Below are positions 37,406 through 47,794 of a stretch of DNA of 59,985 bases, piece by piece. The position numbers and the translations under genes are program-made. Position 1 is the first letter of the stretch; each line of letters starts with the position of its first letter. Origin of the DNA: Bacilli bacterium (lineage in GTDB: Bacteria; Bacillota_I; Bacilli_A; RFN20; CAG-826); assembly GCA_024695105.1 (NCBI GenBank), contig JAILIV010000008.1:1-59985 (forward strand). Direction: 5' to 3'. The notes under the pieces were generated by a model. It was not told where the DNA came from. It saw nothing but the letters and a program-made list of their open reading frames with translations, and did not search any database.

Positions 37406-38227
37406 TTACAGGTTGTGGATGTACTCGCTTAAGCCAAGGAGGTAGTCGCCCTGGTAGTCTTCAATCTTTCCTTGGTCACACAGGTTGGCCAAATTGGGAT
37501 CGATGGGAAGACTTGCGTAGAAGGGGATTTCGAGCCGTTTGGCTTCTTCTTTGTTCCCTTCGCCAAAGGGGTAGATTTTTTCGCCGCAGTGCGGGCATTC
37601 AAGGTAGGCCATGTTCTCCACGAGGGCAAGAACGGGGATATTCATCATGCGTGCCATGCGAACGGCTTTTTCCACAATGAGGGACACCAGGTCTTGGGGC
37701 GAGGTGACGATGATGATGCCATCGATTGGAAGCGATTGGAAGACAGTCAAAGGTACGTCTCCGGTTCCCGGGGGCATGTCGATGTAGAGCTCATCGATGT
37801 CTCCGTAGGCGACGTCGGTCCAGAATTGCTTGATGAGTCCGGCGAGGACGGGACCACGCCAAATGACGGGAGAGGCGGGGTCATCGATTAAGAGATTGAT
37901 TGAGATGGCTTCGATTCCGGTCTTGGTACGGACGGGAAAAAGGGTGGTTTCGTTCGCGGTGGCGATTCCCGAAAGCCCAAACGCTTTGGGAATGGAGGGG
38001 CCGGTGAGGTCCGCGTCGATAATTGCGGTGGCCAATCCTTTTCTGCGGGCATTGACCGCGAGTAAAGAAGTGGTGAGGGATTTGCCTACGCCGCCTTTCC
38101 CTGAGACGACGGCAATGACCTTCTTGACGTTGCTTAGGGGGTTGGCTTGGACTTTTAGGCTTTCGCCGTTGCGGCTGGGGCAGTTTTCCACGCCGCAGGC
38201 GGAACAATTGTTATCGCATTCTGCCAT
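37406..38227 (-). CDS. Mrp/NBP35 (ApbC) Fe-S cluster carrier ATPase
   Basis: N-terminal Cys cluster, SGKGGVGKS, DMPPGTGD, ENMAYLECPHC. Confidence 0.93.
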   Translation of the reverse strand: MAECDNNCSACGVENCPSRNGESLKVQANPLSNVKKVIAVVSGKGGVGKSLTTSLLAVNARRKGLATAIIDADLTGPSIPKAFGLSGIATANETTLFPVRTKTGIEAISINLLIDDPASPVIWRGPVLAGLIKQFWTDVAYGDIDELYIDMPPGTGDVPLTVFQSLPIDGIIIVTSPQDLVSLIVEKAVRMARMMNIPVLALVENMAYLECPHCGEKIYPFGEGNKEEAKRLEIPFYASLPIDPNLANLCDQGKIEDYQGDYLLGLSEYIHNL

Positions 38228-38229
38228 GG

Positions 38230-38634
38230 TTATTCTCCTTCTTTTGGGGGCATGAGGAAATTAAGGATCGCGCGGCGGGTGAGGATGCCGCGGAAGGCGC
38301 CGTTGCCATCCACCAACGGGATGTAGTTTTGGTTGACGGCGAGCTCGAAGAGGTCGGTCACTTCGGCGTCTTCGTTGCAACTGGGGACCAAACGTTCGAT
38401 GCGCACGGTCGACAAAGGTGCGGCCAACGTGGCTTTCATGTCCCCGCCGGTGACGATGCGGTGGAGGATGTCTCCGCTAGAAACGCTATAAAGGTAACGG
38501 GCGGAATTCCGTTCGATGACTGGGATCATCGAGTAATGGCACTTGTCCATTTTCTTGACCGCTTCCCCGATGGTGAAGTCGCTGTAGAGGAGTTCGACGC
38601 GCTTGGCGGGCGTCGCGAGATCTTTTGCTTTCAT
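38230..38634 (-). CDS. CBS-domain protein
   Basis: Two CBS motifs (YSMIPVI; YIPLVDGNGAFRGILTR). Confidence 0.88.
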   Translation of the reverse strand: MKAKDLATPAKRVELLYSDFTIGEAVKKMDKCHYSMIPVIERNSARYLYSVSSGDILHRIVTGGDMKATLAAPLSTVRIERLVPSCNEDAEVTDLFELAVNQNYIPLVDGNGAFRGILTRRAILNFLMPPKEGE

Positions 38635-38679
38635 AGGCCCTATTATCCGACCAATGGCGGAAGGAAGGAAGCGTTTCGC

Positions 38680-39225
38680 TTAGCGAAGCCCTTCGATGCC
38701 GGGGCGGATGGCCTCCACGGTCTTCTCGCCAAAGTAGTGGGCGACGATGGTTTTCGCGAAGGGTAGGGTATAACCCATGGAACGTCCGGTGATGATGTGC
38801 TTGGTTTCCACTACGCCCACGTCCTGCCATAGGTCGGGATTGGTCTCGAATCCGGGGAAGCAGGTGTAGGGGACGTCATTGAGGTAACCGAGTTTTCCCA
38901 AAATGCTTGGGGCGGCGCAAATCGCATGCACGTCCTTCTCGTGTTGAAGGAAATAACGGATGAGCTCCAGGACTTTTTCGTTCTTGCCAAGGTTTTCCAC
39001 GCCAAGCTTTCCGCCAGGCAAAATCAAGATGTCTTCTTCCCTTGCGTCCACTTCGTTTAATAAGGCATCGGCTTGCACGGTGACCCCATGGGAGGATCGC
39101 ACCGTCAACGAAGAAGAGACGGAAACCAAGCGGACTTGAAACATTTTGCTCCGTTGGAGAACATCGTAGGTTTGGAGGGCTTCGACGGTCTCAAAGCCGT
39201 CGGCGAGGAGTATCAATGCGTTCAT
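38680..39225 (-). CDS. DJ-1/PfpI (ThiJ/YajL) family protein
   Basis: LADGFETVE, LILPGG, AICAAP. Confidence 0.92.
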   Translation of the reverse strand: MNALILLADGFETVEALQTYDVLQRSKMFQVRLVSVSSSLTVRSSHGVTVQADALLNEVDAREEDILILPGGKLGVENLGKNEKVLELIRYFLQHEKDVHAICAAPSILGKLGYLNDVPYTCFPGFETNPDLWQDVGVVETKHIITGRSMGYTLPFAKTIVAHYFGEKTVEAIRPGIEGLR

Positions 39226-39393
39226 AAAACCTATTATAATGGCCTAGATGCCACGTTTTCGTAAGAAGTTCTGCAAGAAAAGGATCGCCGCAAGTTCGGG
39301 TAGGGGTTCGGACTACCGTGGGTATAAGAAAGAAAAGGAGGACCGGGGTCTCCGTTCCTCCTCTTTAAAGTACAAAGACGATATCGATTCCGT

Positions 39394-39939
39394 TTAAAGG
39401 GTCGCTTCGAAATACTCAATAAGGTTTTGGATGATTTCCACGTCTTCGGAGATGGGGAAATCTTTTGCTAACGGCACGTGGAGCGAGACCGAAGGGATAC
39501 CCGAGGCGCGGGCAAGGAAAGAGGCTTCGTTGCACACGAAACGTCCGGGGTCGATGGAGATGGCGATGGACGTGCCTTGGAAGGATAGATATTGCTGAAT
39601 GGAGGGGATGTCGAGCGGACAATTGAGGGATTTGGGCTTGCCGGGGAGAATGACTTCGCCCGCCATGATCTCGCCGTCTTCGTCGGCTTGGACGGAGCTC
39701 ATCTCGTTATAGGCGTATTCTTCGATCGCGGGTTCTTTGCGGAAGGGGGAAAGATTCAACGTGATGATGAAATCCGGCTTTTCTTTTGCGATGATGTCGG
39801 GGAGCTTCGCCACTTTCTCATAGCTGACGTCCAACACGACGGGAACCACGTTGGGGTTTTTGATGGCGCGGACGATTTTCTCCGACGGGTTTTCCGCGTG
39901 TCCGGCGTATTTCTTAAAGCCTACGAGCAATGTTTTCAT
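39394..39939 (-). CDS. pcp: Pyroglutamyl-peptidase I (C15)
   Basis: LVGFKKY...NPS, IEEYAYN, DPGRFVCN (Cys), LHVP (His). Confidence 0.85.
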   Translation of the reverse strand: MKTLLVGFKKYAGHAENPSEKIVRAIKNPNVVPVVLDVSYEKVAKLPDIIAKEKPDFIITLNLSPFRKEPAIEEYAYNEMSSVQADEDGEIMAGEVILPGKPKSLNCPLDIPSIQQYLSFQGTSIAISIDPGRFVCNEASFLARASGIPSVSLHVPLAKDFPISEDVEIIQNLIEYFEATL

Positions 39940-40010
39940 GGGCATTCCTCCCTCGTTCTTTTTATTTTACTCTTGCGCTTGGCCTTTGTGGCGACCCAAT
40001 TTGGAAGAGT

Positions 40011-40796
40011 CTAGATTTTGTATAGCCGCAACGCGTTTTCGCGCATCAAGAGGGAGTAGGTTCGTTCGTCTAAGTGGGCGACGTTCTCGAAATAGTCGCG
40101 GTAAATGGGGTTGTCTAGGGTATTTGCTCCGTCGATGGGGGAATCCGTGCCAAACATGACGCGATTTTCCCCAAGGGCTTCGATGGCGCATATGGCACTG
40201 GGCAAATCTACCCAAGCGGTATCGGCGTAAACGTTGGGGACGTCCTTGATGGTTTCAATCGCAAAGCGATGGTCCGAACAAAGCTCGAGATGGGCCGCGA
40301 CGAAACAAAGCTCAGGATGGGCTTTTGCCGCTGCCGCCAGATGGGTGATTTTGGAGTTTTCGTCCACGGCTGTGTGAGAAAGAATCGGGAGGCCCAGCGT
40401 GCGTGCGATTTCGTAATAGGGTTCTAAGCGGGGATCGTCTGGGGCGATTTGCTCGCAGAAGGGATGAAGCTTCAGCGCCTTGACAACGTGGAGGTTGGCC
40501 TTAATGAGACTTGCTAGTTCTAACGGTGGTTCGGGTTCGAGATGGGGGCAAACCCAAGCCGCGGCAAAGATTCTTCCTGGGTTTCTTGCCGCGAAGTCCA
40601 GGACTTCTTTCAACCCTTGGGCCGCGGTCTTATGGGCGGCATAAGGGGTGGACTCATCCGCGAAAGAGGTACAGTCGGCGTTGGACACCAGCGTCGCATC
40701 GATGCCGTGCCGGTCCATGTTGAGCAGAAGGTTTCTTTCCGCTTCGGGGACGCTATGCCAGGAGGCGATATGGGAATGGGCGTCGAACAAATGCAT
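40011..40796 (-). CDS. Amidohydrolase family protein
   Basis: DAHSH, LKLHP, ILSHT, VYADTA, VMFGTDSP. Confidence 0.9.
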   Translation of the reverse strand: MHLFDAHSHIASWHSVPEAERNLLLNMDRHGIDATLVSNADCTSFADESTPYAAHKTAAQGLKEVLDFAARNPGRIFAAAWVCPHLEPEPPLELASLIKANLHVVKALKLHPFCEQIAPDDPRLEPYYEIARTLGLPILSHTAVDENSKITHLAAAAKAHPELCFVAAHLELCSDHRFAIETIKDVPNVYADTAWVDLPSAICAIEALGENRVMFGTDSPIDGANTLDNPIYRDYFENVAHLDERTYSLLMRENALRLYKI

Positions 40797-40966
40797 GGAA
40801 AAAGCATATTCCCGGGGGAGGAAAAAGCAATGAATCGAGGTCGTTTTTGCTTATATTTCGTCAAATGGAAAGGTTTTTGCTGAGAAACAAGCGGTTTTAT
40901 GACCCTTTACCGCTTGGCAAAGCCATGGTTGACCACAAAGTAGAAATGTGTACAATTATTGCGCCT

Positions 40967-41041
40967 TGGGGTGTAGCCAAGCGGTAAGGCACGGGTCTCT
41001 GAAATCCGCATGCACTGGTTCGATCCCAGTCACCCCAGCCA
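40967..41041 (+). tRNA. tRNA-Gln(CTG)
   Basis: Acceptor TGGGGTG/CACCCCA, anticodon arm CGGGT-CTCTGAA-ATCCG, encoded CCA. Confidence 0.95.
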
Positions 41042-41076
41042 CATTGAAGACATTCCCCCGTTCTGGGGGTTTTCTT

Positions 41077-42276
41077 TTATGCCTTGAGAATGTTGATGAG
41101 GAGTTGCTTCAGGATATGGAACTCCTTCACGGACAGGTATTCAAACCTACCATGGTGGTTGTATGACCCCGTGGGGAGGTTGGGGGTGGGGACGCCCATA
41201 AAGGAGAAGCCGGCGCCATCGGTGCCGCCGCGGATCGGGCGCCACTTGGGCTCGATGCCCATTTCTTTGTAGGCTTTGGCAACCTTCTCCACGCATTCCG
41301 GGTGCTGGTCGATGACTTCCTTCATGTTGCGGTAGTCATCGCCGATGGTCAGCTCGATGGTCGCGGTGGGATATTGTTTGAGCACCGCGTCTTTGGCCGC
41401 GATGAATTCTTTCTTTTGCTCTTCGAGGAGATTCCGGTCGTGGTTGCGGATGATGTAGTGCATCTTGGCTTCGTCGACGCCAGAGACCAAGGACACGAGG
41501 TGGTTGAACCCTTCGTACCCGGAGGTGAACTGTGGGCGCTTCTTTTCGGGGAGGGCATGGTCGAAGGCAAAAGCGAGGTCACTGGCGTTGACCATTTTGC
41601 CCTTGGCTTCCCCGGGGTGGATGGAGACCCCATGGAGGATGACGTCGGCATGGGCGGCGTTGAAGGTTTCGCAAGCCACTTCGTCATAAACGCCACCGTC
41701 GATGGTGTAGGCGTATTGCGCGCCGAACTTCTTTGGATTGAAATGGTCGGGCCCGCGGCCGATTTCCTCATCGGGGGTGAAGCAGACGCAAATAGGGTGG
41801 TGTTTGATTTCGGGATGGGAGACGAAATAGTCGAGGGTCGCCATGATCAAAGCCAATCCCGCTTTGTCGTCGGCGCCTAGCAGGGTGTCGCCGGAAGTGG
41901 TGATCAACGTGTCACCGACATGCTCGCCGAGAGTAGCGAATTCTTTGGGGGACATGCGATAGCCATGGCCAAGCTCGATCACCCCGCCATCGTAGTTCTC
42001 GATGACTTGGGGCTTCACGTCGAAGTCGGAGCATTCCAAAGCGGTGTCGACATGGGCGTTTAACCCAATGGGATCGAGGTTTTCTTCGCCGGGGAGTTTG
42101 GCGTAGACAATGCCGAATTCGTCGAGTTCGGAGGAAATACCTAACTCTTTGAGATCCTCTTGGAGTTTACGCGAAAGGTTCAATTGTTTCGCGGTGCTCG
42201 GGACGCTAGAACTGGAATCGTCGGATTGGGTGTCGATTTTCACGTAATCGATGAAACGCTGGATGTCTTTTTCCAT
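41077..42276 (-). CDS. pepT: Peptidase T
   Basis: YVKIDTQSD, AHVDTA, LLGADDKAG, TPDEEIGRG, IRGGTDGA, NHHG. Confidence 0.95.
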   Translation of the reverse strand: MEKDIQRFIDYVKIDTQSDDSSSSVPSTAKQLNLSRKLQEDLKELGISSELDEFGIVYAKLPGEENLDPIGLNAHVDTALECSDFDVKPQVIENYDGGVIELGHGYRMSPKEFATLGEHVGDTLITTSGDTLLGADDKAGLALIMATLDYFVSHPEIKHHPICVCFTPDEEIGRGPDHFNPKKFGAQYAYTIDGGVYDEVACETFNAAHADVILHGVSIHPGEAKGKMVNASDLAFAFDHALPEKKRPQFTSGYEGFNHLVSLVSGVDEAKMHYIIRNHDRNLLEEQKKEFIAAKDAVLKQYPTATIELTIGDDYRNMKEVIDQHPECVEKVAKAYKEMGIEPKWRPIRGGTDGAGFSFMGVPTPNLPTGSYNHHGRFEYLSVKEFHILKQLLINILKA

Positions 42277-42431
42277 GGTTGGGCTCCTTGCTTTGCGTTG
42301 ATTCTACAACGCCTAACGATTATGGGTAGGAAAGCAAAAAATGTTAACTATAATTTACTCGAAAGGAGAGGAACGAGGATAACAAGCGAACAGAGATTGG
42401 GAAACAGCGGTGGTTTCTATGAAATAAGTAA

Positions 42432-42454
42432 ATTGTTAAGTTTTATTAACTTTT
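42432..42454 (+). promoter_or_regulatory. Putative metalloregulator operator just upstream of the feo promoter
   Basis: ATTGTTAAGTTTTATTAACTTTT adjacent to TTGAAA-16-TATGAT (42457-42484); weaker second copy GTTAA-N6-TTTAC at 42343-42358. Confidence 0.65.
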
Positions 42455-42512
42455 CCTTGAAACGCCGTGCCGCCTCGCTATGATTATGTCGTCCAAAGAG
42501 ACTGGAACCTTT

Positions 42513-42725
42513 ATGCCGATTGCCTTAGCTCCCCTCCATGAAGAAGTCACCGTGGTTCGCATCGGATGCGATCCAAAAGACCTGAGCCATTTGGCCGCCC
42601 TTGGGTTAAGCAAGGGTGCCGTGGTCACGGTCATCTCCTCCGTTTTGGGATCGGTCGTGGTTTTGGTAAAAGGCACCCGTCTTGCCTTGGACCATCAGAT
42701 TGCCGCGAAGATCTTCGTGGCGTAA
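42513..42725 (+). CDS. feoA: FeoA family protein
   Basis: LAALGLSKG...VKGTRLAL; ATG 42513 preferred because it lies downstream of the predicted promoter. Confidence 0.85.
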   Translation: MPIALAPLHEEVTVVRIGCDPKDLSHLAALGLSKGAVVTVISSVLGSVVVLVKGTRLALDHQIAAKIFVA

Positions 42726-42733
42726 GGAGAAAT

Positions 42734-42982
42734 ATGATCAAAACCTTGGACAGCCTCGCCATCGGCGAGTCAGGCACCATAGTCAAAGTCCATGGCGAAG
42801 GACGCGTCCGTCGCCGGCTCTTTGACATGGGGCTCACCCCGGGAGCTGACGTGTACCTTCGCAAGAAGGCCCCTTTAGGCGACCCGCTTGAAATCACCCT
42901 GCGTGGGTATGAGCTTTCACTCCGCAAGGACGAAGCCATCAACGTGGAGGTGGAAATGAAGGAGGGCACGGACAATGGCTGA
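42734..42982 (+). CDS. feoA: FeoA family protein
   Basis: RRRLFDMGLTPG...APLGDP...RGYELSLRK. Confidence 0.93.
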   Translation: MIKTLDSLAIGESGTIVKVHGEGRVRRRLFDMGLTPGADVYLRKKAPLGDPLEITLRGYELSLRKDEAINVEVEMKEGTDNG

Positions 42983-45251
42983 GAAGAAAACCGTCATCGC
43001 CCTCGCGGGCAACCCTAACTGTGGCAAAACCACCTTATTCAATTCGCTCACCGGCGCGACCGCCTATGTGGGCAATTGGCCGGGCGTTACCGTCGAGAAG
43101 CGGCAGGGCACCTACAAGAACCGCAAGAACAGATTGACCGCTGAGGTCGTCGACCTCCCGGGCATTTATTCGTTATCCCCCTATACCCCTGAGGAAGTCG
43201 TCTCGCGCGATTTCATCCTCAATGAGAAGCCAGACGTCGTGGTCAACATCCTCGACGCGACCAACCTGGAACGCAACCTCTACATGACCACTCAGATCAT
43301 GGAGATGGACGTCCCGATGGTCGTCGCGCTCAACATGACCGACATTTTGGAAAAAGACGGCGTCAGCATCGACGCGGACGACCTTTCCAAGAAACTTGGA
43401 TGCCCTGTCGTTTCCATCTCCGCGCTTCGTCAGAGCAACCTCGACGCTTTGATGATGGCCGCTTTAAAGGAGGCTGGGCACCCGCGCAAAGGGAAGAGCA
43501 TCTTATCCGATGGCACTTATGGAAAGGCCATTGATGAAGCCAAAGCCCTTTACGAAGAAGCCGGTATCGAGCACCCTCTCTTCCACGCGATTAAGGCGCT
43601 GGAAAACGATGAGAAGGAACTCGAGGCCAACCCGGAGTTGGTCCGCCGTTGCCAAGAGATCCTCGCCCGGGGTTCCTATGGCGATTTCGAGGCCGATTCC
43701 GCCGATCAACGTTACCAATACATCACGGGCAACTACGTCCTATCCCGGAAAGGGAAAGCCGAGGAAGGGAAGGAGAAGCTTTCCGTCTCGGACAAAGTGG
43801 ACCGCGTGCTCACCAACCGTATCGCCGCCATCCCGATCTTCTTGGTGGCTCTGTTCTTGATTTTTCATCTCACCTTCTCCGAGGATCTTCTTTACCTCGG
43901 CAAGATGGGTGTGCCTTTCTCGACGTGCTTCGAGGGCAACCCGTATTTCGAGGGCCTATTTTGGACCGATGGGGGCATTAACTCCCTCGGCGTGATCCTC
44001 GCCAATTTGCTCAATGGCATCACCGGTTGGATTTGGGGCTCAATTGAAAAAGGGCTCGCGGCGATCAACACGCCGGAATGGACGATTGGTTTGCTCGGCT
44101 CCGCGATTAACGATGGTTTCTTCGCAGTTCTCGGCTTTTTGCCGCAAATCCTTGTCCTATTCTTCTTCTTTAGCCTCTTGGAAGACTCGGGTTACATGGC
44201 CCGCGTCGCCTTCGTGTTCGACCGTATCTTCCGTAGGGCCGGGCTTTCTGGCCGCGCCTTCATCCCGATGCTGATGGGCTATGGATGTGGCGTGCCCGCC
44301 ATGGTAAACACCCGTACGCTGAACACCGAGAAGGAACGTACCGCGACGATTCGCGTCATCGCCTTCTTCTGCTGCGGCGCCAAAGTCGCCGCCGTCGCCG
44401 CCGTCGCCGCCGTCCTTGCCAGCCACTGGGGATGGAATTCCGAGTTGGTTGGTCTTTCCATGTACTTGGTTGGCTTGCTCCTTGCCGTGGCCATGGTCAT
44501 CTTGATGCACTGGACCACCCAACGCGAGAAGACCCCGCCGTTTATCATGGAGCTTCCCGCCTACCACGCCCCACAACCCCGCGCCCTTGCCATCCATATT
44601 TGGGACAAGGCCAAAGGCTTCGTGAAGAAAGCCGCGACCATCATCATCTTGGCCGCCATCTTCATTTGGGTCTTCTCCAACTTCACGCCTTCCTGGAATT
44701 ACATCCCGGCCATGGTCGACGAATTCGGCCAGCCCCTTCCCGCCTATGAAGGCTCGATCCTTAAAAACATCTGCGAGATGATCTCGCCGATCTTCTATCC
44801 GCTTGGCTTTGGTAACAACCTAGGTGGCCAGGGCTGGGCGCTTACCATGGCTTCCGCTTTGGGCCTTGTCGCCAAGGAAGCCGTCGCTGAGGCCCTTGCC
44901 TCGATTGCTGGTGGCACCGCCGGGATCGAAGCCCTGGTCGTGGGCTCGGGAATCAGCCTAGGAGGTTTGGTTGCCTTCTTGGTGTTCAACCTGACCACCG
45001 TCCCTTGCTTCGCCGCGATCGCCACCGCGAAGGCCGAACTCCCTAAAGGTCAGCTTTGGAAGACCATCCTCTTTTGGCTGGGCACCTCTTATGTCGTGGC
45101 CTTGTTCGTACGCTTGTCCTTCGACTTCGTATGGACGCTTGCCATCACCATTCCGCTGATCGTCGCCCTCTTCGTGGCCGCTTACCTTTGGTACCGTCAC
45201 GCCTGCAAAAAAGAGGAAGCCTTAGCCGCCAAGGAAGGAGGGGAAGCGTAA
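42975..45251 (+). CDS. feoB: Ferrous iron transporter B
   Basis: GNPNCGKTT, GNWPGVTVE, DLPGIYSL, LEDSGYMAR, PFIMELPAYH. Confidence 0.96.
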   Translation: MAEKKTVIALAGNPNCGKTTLFNSLTGATAYVGNWPGVTVEKRQGTYKNRKNRLTAEVVDLPGIYSLSPYTPEEVVSRDFILNEKPDVVVNILDATNLERNLYMTTQIMEMDVPMVVALNMTDILEKDGVSIDADDLSKKLGCPVVSISALRQSNLDALMMAALKEAGHPRKGKSILSDGTYGKAIDEAKALYEEAGIEHPLFHAIKALENDEKELEANPELVRRCQEILARGSYGDFEADSADQRYQYITGNYVLSRKGKAEEGKEKLSVSDKVDRVLTNRIAAIPIFLVALFLIFHLTFSEDLLYLGKMGVPFSTCFEGNPYFEGLFWTDGGINSLGVILANLLNGITGWIWGSIEKGLAAINTPEWTIGLLGSAINDGFFAVLGFLPQILVLFFFFSLLEDSGYMARVAFVFDRIFRRAGLSGRAFIPMLMGYGCGVPAMVNTRTLNTEKERTATIRVIAFFCCGAKVAAVAAVAAVLASHWGWNSELVGLSMYLVGLLLAVAMVILMHWTTQREKTPPFIMELPAYHAPQPRALAIHIWDKAKGFVKKAATIIILAAIFIWVFSNFTPSWNYIPAMVDEFGQPLPAYEGSILKNICEMISPIFYPLGFGNNLGGQGWALTMASALGLVAKEAVAEALASIAGGTAGIEALVVGSGISLGGLVAFLVFNLTTVPCFAAIATAKAELPKGQLWKTILFWLGTSYVVALFVRLSFDFVWTLAITIPLIVALFVAAYLWYRHACKKEEALAAKEGGEA

Positions 45252-45255
45252 TCCT

Positions 45256-45447
45256 ATGTGGGGAATCATCGCCGCCATCGCCATCGTGACCCTTCTGGTC
45301 GCCTACGTCATCGGGATCTTCTTCTACGATTACCGACGCAGAAAGAAAGGGATGCCCTCTATTATCTGCGACGTGTGCGAATCCGAGGGACATGGCCGAC
45401 GCTTGGTGCGCGACTACCACCGGAAATACGCGAATAAGAGAAAATGA
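45256..45447 (+). CDS. FeoB-associated small Cys-containing membrane protein
   Basis: One TM, then RRKKG...CDVC; directly after feoB. Confidence 0.7.
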   Translation: MWGIIAAIAIVTLLVAYVIGIFFYDYRRRKKGMPSIICDVCESEGHGRRLVRDYHRKYANKRK

Positions 45448-46262
45448 AACCGCTTGTTCGAAAAAGCGCCCTCGTCTTCCCGCTTCTTTCGCTGACCGCT
45501 TGCTCGGGAAACGGTTACTTCGCCTCCTCCCGCGAGGAAATCGCTTCCCAGCTTGGCGATGCTTCTACCCATCTTGTGGAAGCGTTTGAGGGCCTAGAGG
45601 CCTTCTCCGCCAAAAGCGTTTCCTACGAAGAAGACAATCCCGTCACCGTCTGCCTCAGCTGGGATAAAGATGGGCAGTTCTACTTGGAGACCACCACCGC
45701 GGAAGAGAGCCATACGTTGTGCTTTGGAATCTTCGTGAAAGGTGAGGAAGAGGAAGAAGAGGAATTCCTCGCTTACTTCGAGAACGAAGAAGGCGAACTA
45801 GAAGAAGTCGAGGAGGAGAACATCGAAGGCTACCGTGAGCTGACGCTCTCTTACGTCGCCACCATGTCCGCCTTTGGGGCGAGCAAAGTCGCCCAAGGCC
45901 TTGCCGTCCTCGACTCTTTGGACGGATATGAAGAAGCCGTCAAGGCCCAATACGAGGAAGGGGACTACGAAGTCGAGGAAGGTGACCTGTATCTCGATTT
46001 GATGGGAGAGAGGTACTTCTTAAGCGAATCTTCCTTTGGATTCGGTGTCTCCTATGCCTATGGCAACGTTGCCTCCATCGAAGAGGACGACGAAGGGGAA
46101 CTGATCATTACGTTGGACGAAGATTCCGTCGAGGGCGCGTTTGCCCTTACGATGGAGGATTTCGGGACGGGGTATCTCCCATCCTTCTACGCCGACGGGG
46201 AAGGCCAACGCTTCGAGTCGTCGCCCACGTTTGACTTCGCCTCGCCATTTGAAGAGGAATGA
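45444..46262 (+). CDS. Acidic hypothetical lipoprotein
   Basis: Lipobox LTAC; strongly Glu-rich. Confidence 0.7.
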   Translation: MKPLVRKSALVFPLLSLTACSGNGYFASSREEIASQLGDASTHLVEAFEGLEAFSAKSVSYEEDNPVTVCLSWDKDGQFYLETTTAEESHTLCFGIFVKGEEEEEEEFLAYFENEEGELEEVEEENIEGYRELTLSYVATMSAFGASKVAQGLAVLDSLDGYEEAVKAQYEEGDYEVEEGDLYLDLMGERYFLSESSFGFGVSYAYGNVASIEEDDEGELIITLDEDSVEGAFALTMEDFGTGYLPSFYADGEGQRFESSPTFDFASPFEEE

Positions 46263-46284
46263 TCAAACAGATCTCCGATAACCG

Positions 46285-46320
46285 AATAAGCGCCTGGGTA
46301 ACCGGGCGTTTATTTGTTTT
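46285..46320 (+). terminator. Intrinsic terminator of the feo operon
   Basis: AATAAGCGCCTGG-gtaa-CCGGGCGTTTATT stem plus T tract. Confidence 0.75.
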
Positions 46321-46408
46321 TTAGGGAACACGTGACGCGAAAAAAGCAATTAGGTGGAACATTTCGCGCGTTGCGCGTAAAATTGCATGTGCATTAGGAG
46401 GAACGCCC

Positions 46409-47758
46409 ATGAGCAATACGATCGAAGGGTCTTTGGACCAAGCGGCGACAAAGAAGATACTCGCCGAGTACAAAGCGGACAAAACCAACGTGGTGGTCCG
46501 TCACGCGATTTCGCGTACCACTTTAGCTAACGCCACTTACGATTCCTCCGCCGCCAGCGCGACGGGCTTGGTGTTCTCCCACGAGATCAAGACCATGCCG
46601 GTCACCAACCAAAAGAGCAGCGGCCGTTGCTGGATCTTCGCTGGTTTGAATGTCTTGCGCGAAACCATCGCGAAGAAGCTCAACATCAAAGCTGGGACGA
46701 GCTTTGAGGTCAGCCAGAATTATCTTTCCCTTTATGACAAGATCGAAAAGGCCAATTTCACTTTGGAGTCCATTATTTCCTTGGCCCAGTATTCCCCCAA
46801 CGAGCGCGTTTTCCAGTTCATTCTGGATAACCCTGTCAGCGATGGCGGACAGTGGGATATGTTCGTGAACCTGGTGAAGAAGTATGGCCTCGTCCCTAAG
46901 GATTGCTTCCCGGAGACCTTCCATTCCAACAACACCCGGGAAACCAACTTCATGATCAACGCGATCATCCGTCAGTTCGCCTACCAAGCCCATGAACTTT
47001 GCCTTAAAGGCAAGAAATCGGAAGTGCGTCCGTTGAAGGACAAGGCAATCTCCGAAATCTACCAGTTCTGCCTCAACGCCTTTGGCGTGCCACCGCAGAA
47101 ATTCGACTTCGAATGGGAAGACGCCAAGGGCAAATTCCATAAGGAAACCCATACCGCGAAATCCTTCTTCGATAAGTACGTCGGCAAAGAGATCGACGAA
47201 TACCAATCCCTGATCAATTCCCCGACCGAAGATAAGCCATATCTCCGCAATTTCACGATCGATTACCTCGGAAACGTCCTTGAAGGCAAGCCCATCAATC
47301 ACCTCAATTTGGAAATGGACGACCTCAAAGACGCGATCATCCGTCAGCTCATGGCGGGGGAAGTGGTGTGGTTTGGCTCGGACGTTGGTTTTTACCGCGA
47401 CCGCGATTCCTTCGTTTGGGATGACAAGGCCTTCGATTATCTGGGCGCCTTCAAGCACGACGTCAAGTTCGACAAAGGCGCGATGCTGGATTTCCGGCAT
47501 TCCGCGATGAACCATGCGATGGTCATCGTCGGGGTGGATATCGACGATGGAATCCCCACGAAGTGGAAGATCGAGAACTCCTGGGGCGATTCTTCCGGGG
47601 CGAAAGGCTATTACGTCATGTCGGATAGCTGGTTCGATCGCTTCGTGTACCAAGCCGTCGTCAAAAACAAGTACCTGACCAAAGAACAACAAGCCGCCGC
47701 GAAAAAGGCGCCGATTCACTTGAATCCCTGGGACCCGATGGGCACCCTTGCGGATTAA
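46409..47758 (+). CDS. pepC: Aminopeptidase C (bleomycin hydrolase family, C1B)
   Basis: NQKSSGRCW (Cys), MNHAM (His), WKIENSWG (Asn), PWDPMG. Confidence 0.96.
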   Translation: MSNTIEGSLDQAATKKILAEYKADKTNVVVRHAISRTTLANATYDSSAASATGLVFSHEIKTMPVTNQKSSGRCWIFAGLNVLRETIAKKLNIKAGTSFEVSQNYLSLYDKIEKANFTLESIISLAQYSPNERVFQFILDNPVSDGGQWDMFVNLVKKYGLVPKDCFPETFHSNNTRETNFMINAIIRQFAYQAHELCLKGKKSEVRPLKDKAISEIYQFCLNAFGVPPQKFDFEWEDAKGKFHKETHTAKSFFDKYVGKEIDEYQSLINSPTEDKPYLRNFTIDYLGNVLEGKPINHLNLEMDDLKDAIIRQLMAGEVVWFGSDVGFYRDRDSFVWDDKAFDYLGAFKHDVKFDKGAMLDFRHSAMNHAMVIVGVDIDDGIPTKWKIENSWGDSSGAKGYYVMSDSWFDRFVYQAVVKNKYLTKEQQAAAKKAPIHLNPWDPMGTLAD

Positions 47759-47794
47759 CCTACTTTAAGTAGAATAAAGAAAAGGAGTGCGACA

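Noticed and set aside
30917-46314. Recurring AATAAGCGCC at 30917 and 46285 as a dispersed repeat element
   Set aside because: Only 10 bp are shared and both are arms of ordinary terminator hairpins.
46523-47719. Long antisense ORFs (also 11446-12309, 49570-50547, 3556-4149, 24346-25038)
   Set aside because: They are shadows of well-supported genes on the opposite strand, caused by GC3-rich codon usage, and carry no recognisable motifs.
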